Origin: an uncultured Gammaproteobacteria bacterium
Lineage (GTDB): Bacteria > Patescibacteriota > Patescibacteriia > Magasanikbacterales > GWA2-37-8
DNA length: 64,000 nucleotides
NCBI GenBank assembly: GCA_964596525.1
Contig: CAZQUL010000001.1
Span: 601,956 to 665,955 of the forward strand
Direction: 5' to 3'
Every line of letters begins with the position of its first letter. The stretch's first letter is position 1. Both the position numbers and the translations under genes were made by a program. This document shows, piece after piece, positions 9,180-18,728 of this stretch. A model generated the notes under the pieces. That model worked only from the letters and a program-made list of their open reading frames with translations, did not search any database and had not been told where the DNA came from.

Positions 9180-11048
9180 ATGGCAAACACAAAAGAACTG
9201 CAAAAATTTAACAGCGAGTACGATGAAGCCAAGAAAAACTTCCTGTACTACTACAAGCCTGAATTTGATCGGGCTTATAAGCTGTTCTCCTCTTTCAACG
9301 GCGATCGTGCCGAACAGCTTGAAAGAACCAATGACGGCGAGGTTTGGCAATCAAATGTTTTTATTCCTCAAGTTTTTTCATACATTAAAACCTTTTTGCA
9401 AAAGACAGTCGGAATAACCCCCGACTTCAAGCTCGAGGGCAAGAACAGCGAAGCATTAAAAGACCTTGTGCTGTGGCTCTGGGAGATCGGCATGAGCGAT
9501 GACCTGATTGATTACTTCCTGCAAGTATTCATCTGCGGAACGACGGTCGGCAAAGACTTCCTGCGTAAGGAAACCAAGAAAAAGAGACAAAAAGAAATCG
9601 GCATCGTTGATAAAATCAAAAAGCTTATTTTCAAGACAGCAACATCCAAGATCGTCTTCAGACCAGACTTTGATCCGGTGGATATTTATAACTTCTATCC
9701 GCATCCGAGAATGAAAAAGATTGCCGATCCATTCCCGGTATTCCACCGCTATGTCCTGACTCTGGATGAGATGAAAGCCCAATATCCCGATATAAGCGAA
9801 AGTGTCTGGAAACAATTCCTCAATACCGAGGGTGAAGTCGTGAAGTCCGGAGGTGACACCACCGACTACGCCTATGTCCGAAAAGAAGTCCTGATCCAGC
9901 TTAGAAAAAATATCAGAGAAACCACTAAGGCCTCAACTCCTGTGGAGGGTAACTCGAATAATGCAGTATCCGCACCGACCAGCGATGAAAAGCTGTTTGA
10001 AGTCGTTGAACGCTGGATTGACGAGAGGTTCACCGTATTCCTGCCGATGGACGGAACGCCGATAGAGATCAAGGACGGCGACAACCCATACGATCACGAA
10101 CAGAAGCCATATTCCCGAACAGGATTCTTCCCAAGACCGTTCTCGTTTTACTGGCTCGGTATTCCAAAGCTTGTCGACCATTTGCAAGAACTTCTCAATT
10201 CCGTAACCAACCAAAGAGTGGATGCGGTGACAATGAAAATTCACAGCATGATTGCGGCCGCACCGGTGGCTCTGCCCGGTTACAAGCAATCAACCATAAC
10301 GGTCAAACCTCTCGGAATTTTATGGACTAATGATCCGAACTCGGTCCGGGAATTAAAATTCGGCGATGTTAATTCCTCTGCATTTATAGAACCAGACCAC
10401 ATCAAAGAAGCCATGCGTATTGCCGTCGGTGTGGATGAATTCACTACCACGGCCGGTGTGGACAGAAAAGAAACTGCAACCGTTGCCTCATTTATGCGAG
10501 AAGCAACGCTCGAGGGCGTGAAGCTGTTCCTGATAATGCTTCGCAATTCCTACGTGATGCATTTTGACCACTGGATCAGCATGATCAAGCAATTCTGGAC
10601 AAAGAAGTCTGTAATGCCAGACAAGGCCGTAGCGATTCTGACCAGACACGGACTTATAACCGATGCCGATGAAAGCGTAAACGGACTCTTTGACGATGAA
10701 TACGAAATGTCGCTCGAATCAACCACTTCTCTGGCCACGTCATCCGAACTTAGAAAAGCCAAAGATTTGGAACTGTGGGAACTGATAAAAGACGTAAACG
10801 AGCTGACCGATGCCGAGACCGGAATCGTGTACTCAATCAAGAAATTCAAAATACTGATGAAACTTTTTGAGGATTACGGCTGGGAGCCGACCAACTATAT
10901 CACCGAACAAAAACAGCCGGTTTCGATGCCGACAGACCCGAATATTCCAACGGGCGAAGCTCCAGCAATTGATCCAAACGAAAATCCAGCACCGCCGCTT
11001 CCCGGAAATGAAATGGGAGCGATGCTGGGTAACGCACTAAAACAATAA
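9180..11048 (+). CDS. Putative phage portal protein
   Basis: 622 aa, directly after the large terminase, with an acidic Pro-rich C-terminus. Assignment is positional. Confidence 0.55.
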   Translation: MANTKELQKFNSEYDEAKKNFLYYYKPEFDRAYKLFSSFNGDRAEQLERTNDGEVWQSNVFIPQVFSYIKTFLQKTVGITPDFKLEGKNSEALKDLVLWLWEIGMSDDLIDYFLQVFICGTTVGKDFLRKETKKKRQKEIGIVDKIKKLIFKTATSKIVFRPDFDPVDIYNFYPHPRMKKIADPFPVFHRYVLTLDEMKAQYPDISESVWKQFLNTEGEVVKSGGDTTDYAYVRKEVLIQLRKNIRETTKASTPVEGNSNNAVSAPTSDEKLFEVVERWIDERFTVFLPMDGTPIEIKDGDNPYDHEQKPYSRTGFFPRPFSFYWLGIPKLVDHLQELLNSVTNQRVDAVTMKIHSMIAAAPVALPGYKQSTITVKPLGILWTNDPNSVRELKFGDVNSSAFIEPDHIKEAMRIAVGVDEFTTTAGVDRKETATVASFMREATLEGVKLFLIMLRNSYVMHFDHWISMIKQFWTKKSVMPDKAVAILTRHGLITDADESVNGLFDDEYEMSLESTTSLATSSELRKAKDLELWELIKDVNELTDAETGIVYSIKKFKILMKLFEDYGWEPTNYITEQKQPVSMPTDPNIPTGEAPAIDPNENPAPPLPGNEMGAMLGNALKQ

Positions 11049-11052
11049 ACCT

Positions 11053-11292
11053 ATGAGCGAAAAAATAAACAAACAAACCGAGGAAACCATAAGCAATTTG
11101 TACGAGACAAAATACTTTGAAGCGTTGTCCGAGCTTGTTGCCGATGAATTGGAAATAACCAAGACTTGGCTGTTAAACAAGGGACTGCCCAATGACGACA
11201 TTCGGCACTATCAAGGTCGAGCCGAAGGACTGGGAGTCGTGCTATTGAGAATCAAAGCAATCCACGATGAATTTATAAAACCAAAACTATGA
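11053..11292 (+). CDS. Hypothetical phage protein
   Basis: 79-aa ORF tightly following the portal gene. Confidence 0.3.
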   Translation: MSEKINKQTEETISNLYETKYFEALSELVADELEITKTWLLNKGLPNDDIRHYQGRAEGLGVVLLRIKAIHDEFIKPKL

Positions 11293-11394
11293 AAACCTGA
11301 CATTAAACAATCAAAGGAAATCGCCAAATTTTGAGGGGTTCAGCTGGCCTCTTAAGATGGGATTTCTGGCGATTTCCACATCTTGAGAAGCCAA

Positions 11395-11425
11395 CCGAGC
11401 CTCCACAAAGGGGCTCGGTTTTATT
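11395..11425 (+). terminator. Rho-independent terminator-like hairpin
   Basis: ccgagcc / ggctcgg 7-bp stem with a 10-nt loop, followed by TTTTATT. Confidence 0.45.
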
Positions 11426-11496
11426 AACAGACGGACGCTTTCAAGGTCTTTCGTGAGGTCAGACTTAACAAAGAACAATCCGTCATTAATACGCCT

Positions 11497-12342
11497 ATGG
11501 AAAAACCAAACAATTCCGGCGCCGATCCGAATCCAGCACCATCATTCGATGATGCGGTCGGAAAGGAACAACCGGTCAATCAGATTCCGTCAGGCACTCC
11601 GAGCGGAGAGCAACCTGACAACAAACCGGACGCTTCGGGCGAAAAGCCCAAAGATCAATCCGGCGTAACGCCTGCCGATAAAGGCGAAAGTCCCGAGGGA
11701 AAACAACCCGAGGGCAACAAGTCCTTCTGGGGCAAGTTCAAGAGCGAGGATGATGCTAAACGCTCATATGATGAAGCCCAGACGAAAATAATCGATCAAG
11801 GAAAAGAGATCAATGAATTGAAAACGACTCATGAGAAAAACGAACAGTTTCTCTCGGTGCTCGACAAGGCATTGGTCAAAAATCCCCAATTGGCCGAACA
11901 GCTGAAAGCAAGTCTTGCCGAAGCCATGAAAGCCAGCGATGACGAGCCGAAGGACACGCCCGATATAGAAGCACTCCTCGACAAGAAGCTTGAGGAACGA
12001 GATATGAAAGCCAAGACAAAATCCGAGATCGACAAATGGATCGAGGATCATCCGGATTTCAAAGAGCCGGAGCTTGGACATCAAATTCTCGACATCATCG
12101 AGAAAGAGAAACTCCCGTTCAATGCTCGGACACTACAATTGGCCTACGACTCCATAACCAAGGATGCCCAAGCCAAGAAAGCGACCGAGGAAGCTTTGAA
12201 AAAAGAGGAAGTGAAAAATCTCGAGCGAGAAAATGCATCAGGTGTCGGAGGCGGTACGCCAACCGCCAAAGGCCAAACACCCAAAGATAACCCCTTTGAC
12301 GATCTTGTGGGTGAAAGTATCAACCCTAACCGAGTCAGGTAA
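11497..12342 (+). CDS. Putative capsid scaffolding protein
   Basis: 281 aa with a low-complexity Pro/Glu-rich N-terminus and a long charged, coiled-coil-like body. Sits between portal and capsid genes. Confidence 0.45.
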   Translation: MEKPNNSGADPNPAPSFDDAVGKEQPVNQIPSGTPSGEQPDNKPDASGEKPKDQSGVTPADKGESPEGKQPEGNKSFWGKFKSEDDAKRSYDEAQTKIIDQGKEINELKTTHEKNEQFLSVLDKALVKNPQLAEQLKASLAEAMKASDDEPKDTPDIEALLDKKLEERDMKAKTKSEIDKWIEDHPDFKEPELGHQILDIIEKEKLPFNARTLQLAYDSITKDAQAKKATEEALKKEEVKNLERENASGVGGGTPTAKGQTPKDNPFDDLVGESINPNRVR

Positions 12343-12401
12343 CGCTTATAAGATTTGAGGTCCTGTGAGCGGTCACCGACTCGATAACATAACAAACAAT
12401 T

Positions 12402-13625
12402 ATGCCTGAACCAACCCATATCATTGGTACGAGAAATACGCTGACGATCGAACAGTCACAGCGTATTCCCGATGTCGATGACAAAATATTCCTCCTTGAA
12501 CCAGGCGAATCACCGCTCACTGCTTTCTTGACTCAAATCGGAAAGATCGGAGACGGCGGAGGCAAGTTCAAGGGCATGGCTCTACAAAAGAGAGTCGTGT
12601 ACAACCCGGAATTCACTGAATACGAGGATTCATATTCCGGCGTCTGGGCCCAGATCAACAACGGTGCTGGTTACAACGACTCAGCTACTGAATTGGTCGT
12701 AGACAACCCGGGCGGTTCGATATTCACCAAGTACGATCTGATCAAAAACACTCGTACCGGTGAAATCATGCGTGTGACTGCGGTCAACTACTCCACTCAC
12801 ACGATCACCGTAACTCGAGGTGCCGGTGCCACGGCGGCCGCCGCCATTAACAATGACGACTGGCTCTTAATCATCGGTCCTGCTTTTGAGGAAGGATCAA
12901 AGTCTGGCGATTCCAACACGACCAAACTCGTGAAAGTCACCAACTACACCCAAATCTTCAAAACCAAGTTCGGTGTCACTGCAACCGAGAACGCTTCGAA
13001 GCTCTATCCGTCCGGTAGTCCGGGTGCGGATCTTAAATACTTGCGTGCCAAACACGGCATCGAGCAAGCCAAGAAAATCGAACGCGCGTATTGGTTCGGT
13101 GAAAAGAAAGAAGTCACCGGTCCCGATGGCAAGCCTCTCCGCATAACCGGAGGTGTCTTGGAAGCCATCATCTCTGCGGGCAACGTGCAAGATGAAGCAA
13201 GTTCCGCTTTAACCGAAGCAGAATTCCGCTCGTTCTTGCAGAACTATGCCTTTAAGTATGGCTCGTCTGAAAAATACTTCTTCTGCGGAAACACCGTACT
13301 CGGATATTTGGAAAGCTTTGCCACTGGCAAGCTATACCTGACTCCGAGCGACAAGACCTTCGGTGTGGAAGTGAGAAAGTATCAGTCTTCATTCGGAACG
13401 CTGAACATTGTCCGTCATCCGATGTTCGACAATCAGTATGCCGGTATGGGAGTCGTGCTTGATCTCTCAACTTTGAAGCATTGTCCTTTGAACGGTCGAG
13501 ACACCACGCTCGAAACCAACATTCAGGACAACGATGCTGATGAGGAGATGGATCAGTACAAAACCGAAGTCGGTCTACAGAGAGTCAACTTCGAGAAAAA
13601 CGCCTTGATCAAGGGCGTAGCTTAA
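12402..13625 (+). CDS. Putative major capsid protein
   Basis: 407 aa, positioned after the scaffold. The gene is free of internal stops and codon usage matches its neighbours. Confidence 0.5.
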   Translation: MPEPTHIIGTRNTLTIEQSQRIPDVDDKIFLLEPGESPLTAFLTQIGKIGDGGGKFKGMALQKRVVYNPEFTEYEDSYSGVWAQINNGAGYNDSATELVVDNPGGSIFTKYDLIKNTRTGEIMRVTAVNYSTHTITVTRGAGATAAAAINNDDWLLIIGPAFEEGSKSGDSNTTKLVKVTNYTQIFKTKFGVTATENASKLYPSGSPGADLKYLRAKHGIEQAKKIERAYWFGEKKEVTGPDGKPLRITGGVLEAIISAGNVQDEASSALTEAEFRSFLQNYAFKYGSSEKYFFCGNTVLGYLESFATGKLYLTPSDKTFGVEVRKYQSSFGTLNIVRHPMFDNQYAGMGVVLDLSTLKHCPLNGRDTTLETNIQDNDADEEMDQYKTEVGLQRVNFEKNALIKGVA

Positions 13626-13726
13626 GCCTGATCATCGGCTCTGCTCTGACTCGCTGGCTTTCAAGATTTGGAAGCCAGGAGTAAGGGTGGAGGCCATCAA
13701 TTAAAAACTTTAATCAACCAACTTAT

Positions 13727-14083
13727 ATGGCTAAATACAATTCCCACATCAAAAAACTGCGAATCGTTCTCAAGCCGGCCACGCCGGTATATGAGGGCGG
13801 AGTGAAAGTCGGCGATCAGCCGGGTGAATACGCCCAGTTTGAGGATGGCCAATTCGAAACTCAAGACGAAGCGATAATCGAAAAACTCGAATCGCTTGGA
13901 ACATTCAAGATTGACTTCTGGAGGGTCTCCGAGGAGACATCTCCGACCGAGGATACGACGGTGGACAAAGACTTGGCCAAGCTGACCAAGAAAGAACTCC
14001 AGACTCTGGCTAAGGATAAAAGTGTCGAGGTCGACGGCACCGAGAGCAAAGAGAGATTAATCGAGCTTTTGCTTAACAAATAA
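13727..14083 (+). CDS. Phage head-associated protein with C-terminal SAP/Rho-N-like motif
   Basis: 118 aa. The C-terminal LTKKELQTLAKDKSVEVDGTESKERLIELLL resembles the SAP / Rho N-terminal DNA-binding motif common in phage head proteins. Confidence 0.35.
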   Translation: MAKYNSHIKKLRIVLKPATPVYEGGVKVGDQPGEYAQFEDGQFETQDEAIIEKLESLGTFKIDFWRVSEETSPTEDTTVDKDLAKLTKKELQTLAKDKSVEVDGTESKERLIELLLNK

Positions 14084-14115
14084 AATCGGCCGAGGTCGAT
14101 AACCAATTCAAACTT

Positions 14116-14895
14116 ATGCCAATAGTATCTGCGGACTTAAAAGAATATAAGTCATCCAATGCCAACTCAGACGGCGGTGGAATTTCCGCCACTGAAGTCG
14201 TGGATAATACCGACAACAACTTATTCACCGACATCACCGGTGATGAAGCTTCTGCCGGAGGAACAGAATATCGAAAAGTATTCCGTAAAAATAACCACGG
14301 CTCGCTGTCTTGGCAAAACGTGGTCTCGTGGCTTCAAAGCCAGCCGACCAATTCAGCCTTATCATTCGGATTCGGCGTAGATCACGCCGATGATGCCGAC
14401 GGTGCTCAAGGAAACATGTCGGCTTTTTCCGGTAATGCGGTAGTGGCCGTAGTTTCCGACGGTGCCGACACCAGACAAGTGACGATTGTCGGCGAGGATG
14501 CATCAGGAAACAGGCAGACCGAAACCCTGACGTTAAACGGCACAACCGAAGTCGTGGGAGCTCTCACATTCTCCAAGCTTTATGGTGCTTATGTAAACTC
14601 ACTCTCCGCATCCCGTTCGGTGACGATAAGGCAAGGATCGGGAGGAACTTCAAGAGGCGTGATCGGAATAAACAAAAAGATCAGTTTTATCTGGTATGGC
14701 AAACGCTATTCCGGAGGTTCTCTCGTTAATGCCGAGGGTGGCGACATGGCCAGCAAAGCGACCGGACTAAAACACGGCGACATCGCTTCAGCTGGTAATT
14801 TCGGCGTGTGGTATCGCATGACTTGGCCTGCCGGTGCCGGTGCGGTAACGGCAACAACCACGCAAGTGAAATCCGAGGGCGACACTGCGGCCTAA
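14116..14895 (+). CDS. Hypothetical phage structural protein
   Basis: 259 aa, Gly/Ser/Thr-rich, sitting in the structural module. Confidence 0.3.
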   Translation: MPIVSADLKEYKSSNANSDGGGISATEVVDNTDNNLFTDITGDEASAGGTEYRKVFRKNNHGSLSWQNVVSWLQSQPTNSALSFGFGVDHADDADGAQGNMSAFSGNAVVAVVSDGADTRQVTIVGEDASGNRQTETLTLNGTTEVVGALTFSKLYGAYVNSLSASRSVTIRQGSGGTSRGVIGINKKISFIWYGKRYSGGSLVNAEGGDMASKATGLKHGDIASAGNFGVWYRMTWPAGAGAVTATTTQVKSEGDTAA

Positions 14896-14909
14896 AAAGT
14901 TTATAAGCT

Positions 14910-16463
14910 ATGGCCAAAACATTCCTAACAAAAAAGAATAATGCCAAAAGCACAATCACGGACAATCCGCTTCTTTCGGTAGCGACAACTTTGAATGTGC
15001 TGACTGGCGACGGCTCAAAATATCCGGATGCACCGTTCCATGCGACTTTGTATGCGAGCGATCCTGCAACCAGCGAGATCGTGAAAGTGACGGCAAAATC
15101 AACAGACCAATTCACGATCGAAAGAGCCAAAGAAAACACCACTGCCCAGGAATGGCCTCAAGGCACACGCCTTGAACTTTTGGTCACGGCCAAACTTTTT
15201 GACGACTTGCAGACAAGAACAGAGGTTGTGGTCGCCACTGACGGTTCTGGCGATTATAACTGCGACGGCACGGCCGATCAGACGGAAATAAACGAAGCGA
15301 TCAGTAACCTGCCTGCCGGTGGCGGAATCGTAAGAATCAAAAAAGGAACCTACAACCTGACCGGAATCATTGAAATCTTAAAAAGCAACGTTGTCTTGGA
15401 GGGCGAAGGCTCGGCGACCATATTGCGAGCCGCGAATGCCAGCAACTTGGGAGATATTGTGAGAGTCGGAAACGGAGGCACGACCAGCTACCAAAACATC
15501 ATCATCCGAAAATTCATGATTGACGGCAATCAATCCAATCAGACATCGGGTGCCAGCAGTCCGCTGGTGTTATGGGGTACGAGCTCTTACAAACACAGCC
15601 GAATCACTGTCGAGAACATGTGGCTGACCGGTGCAAGACAAGATTGTATGAAAGTGATTGCTGTTGAGGACAGCGTGATAAGGAATAATTTTATTTATTC
15701 CAATACCGGAGCCGCGATCGGATTGTTTACCACTTCTCAATACATCAGCATCACCGGAAACATTCTGACATCGAATTCCTACGGGGTATACGACAATGCC
15801 TGCAATTACTGCACCATGACCGGAAATGTCCTGCGAAGCAACGGCTACGGTTTCTATGTGACCAACGGCTGGCGAGAAAACATATCGGGCAACACGATAT
15901 TCACCAGTACCAACTACGGTGTGTACCTGATCGGAGCTCAAAGAGTGACCGTAACCGGAAATAATTTCTACGGCGATAACTGGAGCATCGTTGTCGGCAA
16001 CAGCTCAAACATCACCCGATACAACGTGATCACCGGAAATGTCATCGCTTGGCCTACGAGCCAAGGAATCGCTTTGTACTACGGAACAGGAACAACTGTG
16101 GGCAATGTAATCACCGGAAACCATATCTTCGGGGCCGGTGGACATGGAATATATCTCTACGCTTCCTCTTACAACACGATCACTGGCAACGCTATCGACA
16201 ATGCTTCAAGAACCACCACTAACACATCACACAGCATCTATCTCTCAGATAACGGTACGGTTTACTCAACCTACAACGTAATCTCATCAAATAATCTGCA
16301 AGCGACCCAAACCAATAAAGTCGCCTACCACATTCGAGAACAAGGTGTGAGCGATGATTATAACCTTGCGATCGGCAATATCTGCAAAGATGCGGTGACC
16401 GGTCAAATCGGCCTGCAAGGTGCCAACTCTGTGCGAGGTACTAACATCCCAGCTTCGGGCTAA
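14910..16463 (+). CDS. Tailspike / right-handed parallel beta-helix (pectate-lyase fold) protein
   Basis: 517 aa with many tandem degenerate 22-25-aa units (..ITGNxI..N..YG.Y..), typical of PbH1 beta-helix repeats found in phage depolymerase tailspikes. Confidence 0.7.
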   Translation: MAKTFLTKKNNAKSTITDNPLLSVATTLNVLTGDGSKYPDAPFHATLYASDPATSEIVKVTAKSTDQFTIERAKENTTAQEWPQGTRLELLVTAKLFDDLQTRTEVVVATDGSGDYNCDGTADQTEINEAISNLPAGGGIVRIKKGTYNLTGIIEILKSNVVLEGEGSATILRAANASNLGDIVRVGNGGTTSYQNIIIRKFMIDGNQSNQTSGASSPLVLWGTSSYKHSRITVENMWLTGARQDCMKVIAVEDSVIRNNFIYSNTGAAIGLFTTSQYISITGNILTSNSYGVYDNACNYCTMTGNVLRSNGYGFYVTNGWRENISGNTIFTSTNYGVYLIGAQRVTVTGNNFYGDNWSIVVGNSSNITRYNVITGNVIAWPTSQGIALYYGTGTTVGNVITGNHIFGAGGHGIYLYASSYNTITGNAIDNASRTTTNTSHSIYLSDNGTVYSTYNVISSNNLQATQTNKVAYHIREQGVSDDYNLAIGNICKDAVTGQIGLQGANSVRGTNIPASG

Positions 16464-16470
16464 AAGAATT

Positions 16471-17772
16471 ATGTTCAACGCTTATCAATTCAACACCGCA
16501 CAACTTAACAGCACTGCGACCAAACCAATCGCAAAAGTGATGAATTATGCGGTGGATGTTCTTGGACTGATAGCCCGACCGATCACTTATGTCTTCGACC
16601 AATTCGTCTCGGTTTTTAATCTGACAACCTACAAAGCTGACATCCTGAACCTGATAGAGAAAACCGAAACTTACGTATTGGATGTTTACTCGGTAATCAG
16701 TAAAGCCATCTTGTATCTGCTGGATGTTAAGAATTTGATCGCCAATACCATGACTTACTCATGGGATTTGCGACAGCTGATATCTAAAACATTCTCGTAT
16801 GTGTGGGACGTGATCGGCGGTGCGTTAATGGGAGTGATTTATAAGCTGGATATCAGACAGCTGGCCGAAAAACAAACAAGATATCTGCACGATATTTTGT
16901 TCACGCTTAGCAAAACACTGACATACCGCTTTGACTCGTTTCTTTCCGCAATCAGTCAGACCATCTACAAGCTGGATATCAGGAATCTTGCGACAAAGTT
17001 TCAATCTTACCTGATAGATATCGGCGGTGTAGTAGCGAGAATCCACAACTACAAACTCGACATCTTAAATCTTGCCGATAAAGCGACTAATTACATTCAC
17101 AATATCAGAGCCTTGATCGCAAAATACTGGACTTATGGTTTTGAGATCAGAAGTTTAATCGCCAAGACACAAAGATACATCCTCGACATTCTCAACACGA
17201 TCGGAAAGACAATCAACTATGCGTTGGACATCTTACTTCTCGCAGTAAAACAGTCGGCTTATATCCTCGACATCCGAAATTTAGCAAACAGACTGACAGG
17301 TTATCTATTCGATGTAAGAAATTTGGCCGAACGAATAACCGCCTACAAGCTGGATATCAAAATACTCGTCGCCAAGATTGAAAGATATCTGTGGGACATC
17401 AGAAGTTTGATCGCAAAAACAGGAACTTACGTGCTGGATGTTCTAAGCAAAATTGCCAAAGCTTGGATGTACGCATTCGATGTCCTGATCGGAATCGGAA
17501 AACAATGGTCATACGTTCTCGATATCAAAGGACTTATAGCAAAGGTTTGGACTTATCGCCTCCGCATTTGGAAAGTCATCGAGGGAGTAAAAATCGCCGT
17601 TGAGTTTTTATCAGCCAAGCTGTCGGTCCTGATGTTTTCGGCAAAAGAAACTCTTGGCCTTACCACGGCCAAATCAAACATAGAGGTCAAAACCGCACGG
17701 CAGGATCAGCAGATGCAGACTTCGAAAACCGACATCAATCTGCCAAGCAATAAAAAAGACATAAACCTATGA
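16471..17772 (+). CDS. Tandem-repeat fibre-like protein (about 22 copies of a 14-aa unit K-x3-Y-x-L-D-I-R-x-L-I-A)
   Basis: ATG at 16471. The translation shows a strictly periodic 14-residue (42-nt) repeat from about residue 45 to 360. Confidence 0.5.
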   Translation: MFNAYQFNTAQLNSTATKPIAKVMNYAVDVLGLIARPITYVFDQFVSVFNLTTYKADILNLIEKTETYVLDVYSVISKAILYLLDVKNLIANTMTYSWDLRQLISKTFSYVWDVIGGALMGVIYKLDIRQLAEKQTRYLHDILFTLSKTLTYRFDSFLSAISQTIYKLDIRNLATKFQSYLIDIGGVVARIHNYKLDILNLADKATNYIHNIRALIAKYWTYGFEIRSLIAKTQRYILDILNTIGKTINYALDILLLAVKQSAYILDIRNLANRLTGYLFDVRNLAERITAYKLDIKILVAKIERYLWDIRSLIAKTGTYVLDVLSKIAKAWMYAFDVLIGIGKQWSYVLDIKGLIAKVWTYRLRIWKVIEGVKIAVEFLSAKLSVLMFSAKETLGLTTAKSNIEVKTARQDQQMQTSKTDINLPSNKKDINL

Positions 17773-18083
17773 GCATAAAAATCGTACAAAACGACACCAG
17801 ACCTCCACTGGAATTCAGCCTGACTCAAGACGGCTCGCCGGTCGATCTAACCGGATGCACGGTCAAATTCTACATGAAAGATGCGACAACCGGATCAGTA
17901 AAGATCAATGGAAGTGCTTGTGTTATCACCGATGCCACCAAGGGCAAATGCCGATACAACTGGACGGCCTCGGACACCAATACGGTTGCGACTTACCTGG
18001 GAGAGGTTGAGGTCACTTTTCCCGACGGCAAAATCCAAACTGGATATAAGCAATTATCAATCATCATCCGTGATGACATTTAA
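17769..18083 (+). CDS. Small phage structural protein (Ig-like / baseplate-associated?)
   Basis: 104 aa. Start codon overlaps the stop of the previous gene. Confidence 0.3.
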   Translation: MSIKIVQNDTRPPLEFSLTQDGSPVDLTGCTVKFYMKDATTGSVKINGSACVITDATKGKCRYNWTASDTNTVATYLGEVEVTFPDGKIQTGYKQLSIIIRDDI

Positions 18084-18088
18084 AACCT

Positions 18089-18721
18089 ATGACCAGAGGC
18101 GAAATTAAAACTGCAATAAAGAACGAGGTCGATGATCAGACAATCGATTCGTCTTTGCTGAACACGTGGATACAAAGAGCCGATGAAAAGGTGCAAAGCT
18201 GGAGACCGCCGGAGGATCGGGATCAGACATTCGACTATTGGGATTATTTAAAAACCGAACAGCCGTTCACGACGGTTGCCAATCAGGAAAAATATCCGGT
18301 ACCGGAAAATTACCGAGCGTTTATCGAACTCAGAATAGGGACAGACAAAACACCTTATAAGCTGGTCGACTTCCGAGACAGAGACAAGTTTGATGACCAT
18401 GCGGTGTACATGCTGGGCGGATATTTCTATCCGGTGGCAACTCCGACAACCAACGGCAACGCCATGAGATTTGTCTTTGTCCGAATATCTGATGACTTTG
18501 CGTCCGACAATGACGAACCGGAAGTCGAAAAACTCTACCATCAAGCTTATGTCGAATGGGGCAAAAAAATGTACTACAACCAGCAGGGCGACACCGAACT
18601 GGAACGACAAGCCGATAATAACTTCGAGAGGGTGATGCTTGGAAAATGGCGTGATCAAGAGCTGGCCAGAATGGCCTCGGCTTCGGATCAAGCGGAAATT
18701 TCAAGAAGCAGTCTCGTATAA
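18089..18721 (+). CDS. Hypothetical phage protein
   Basis: 210 aa in the tail module. No motif recognised. Confidence 0.3.
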   Translation: MTRGEIKTAIKNEVDDQTIDSSLLNTWIQRADEKVQSWRPPEDRDQTFDYWDYLKTEQPFTTVANQEKYPVPENYRAFIELRIGTDKTPYKLVDFRDRDKFDDHAVYMLGGYFYPVATPTTNGNAMRFVFVRISDDFASDNDEPEVEKLYHQAYVEWGKKMYYNQQGDTELERQADNNFERVMLGKWRDQELARMASASDQAEISRSSLV

Positions 18722-18728
18722 AACAGCT

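Noticed and set aside
16600-17560. Regular short-period DNA repeat that could be mistaken for a CRISPR array or satellite.
   Set aside because: The period is 42 nt, in frame and encoding a 14-aa protein repeat inside a long ORF. The units are degenerate at the DNA level, with no spacer/repeat alternation.
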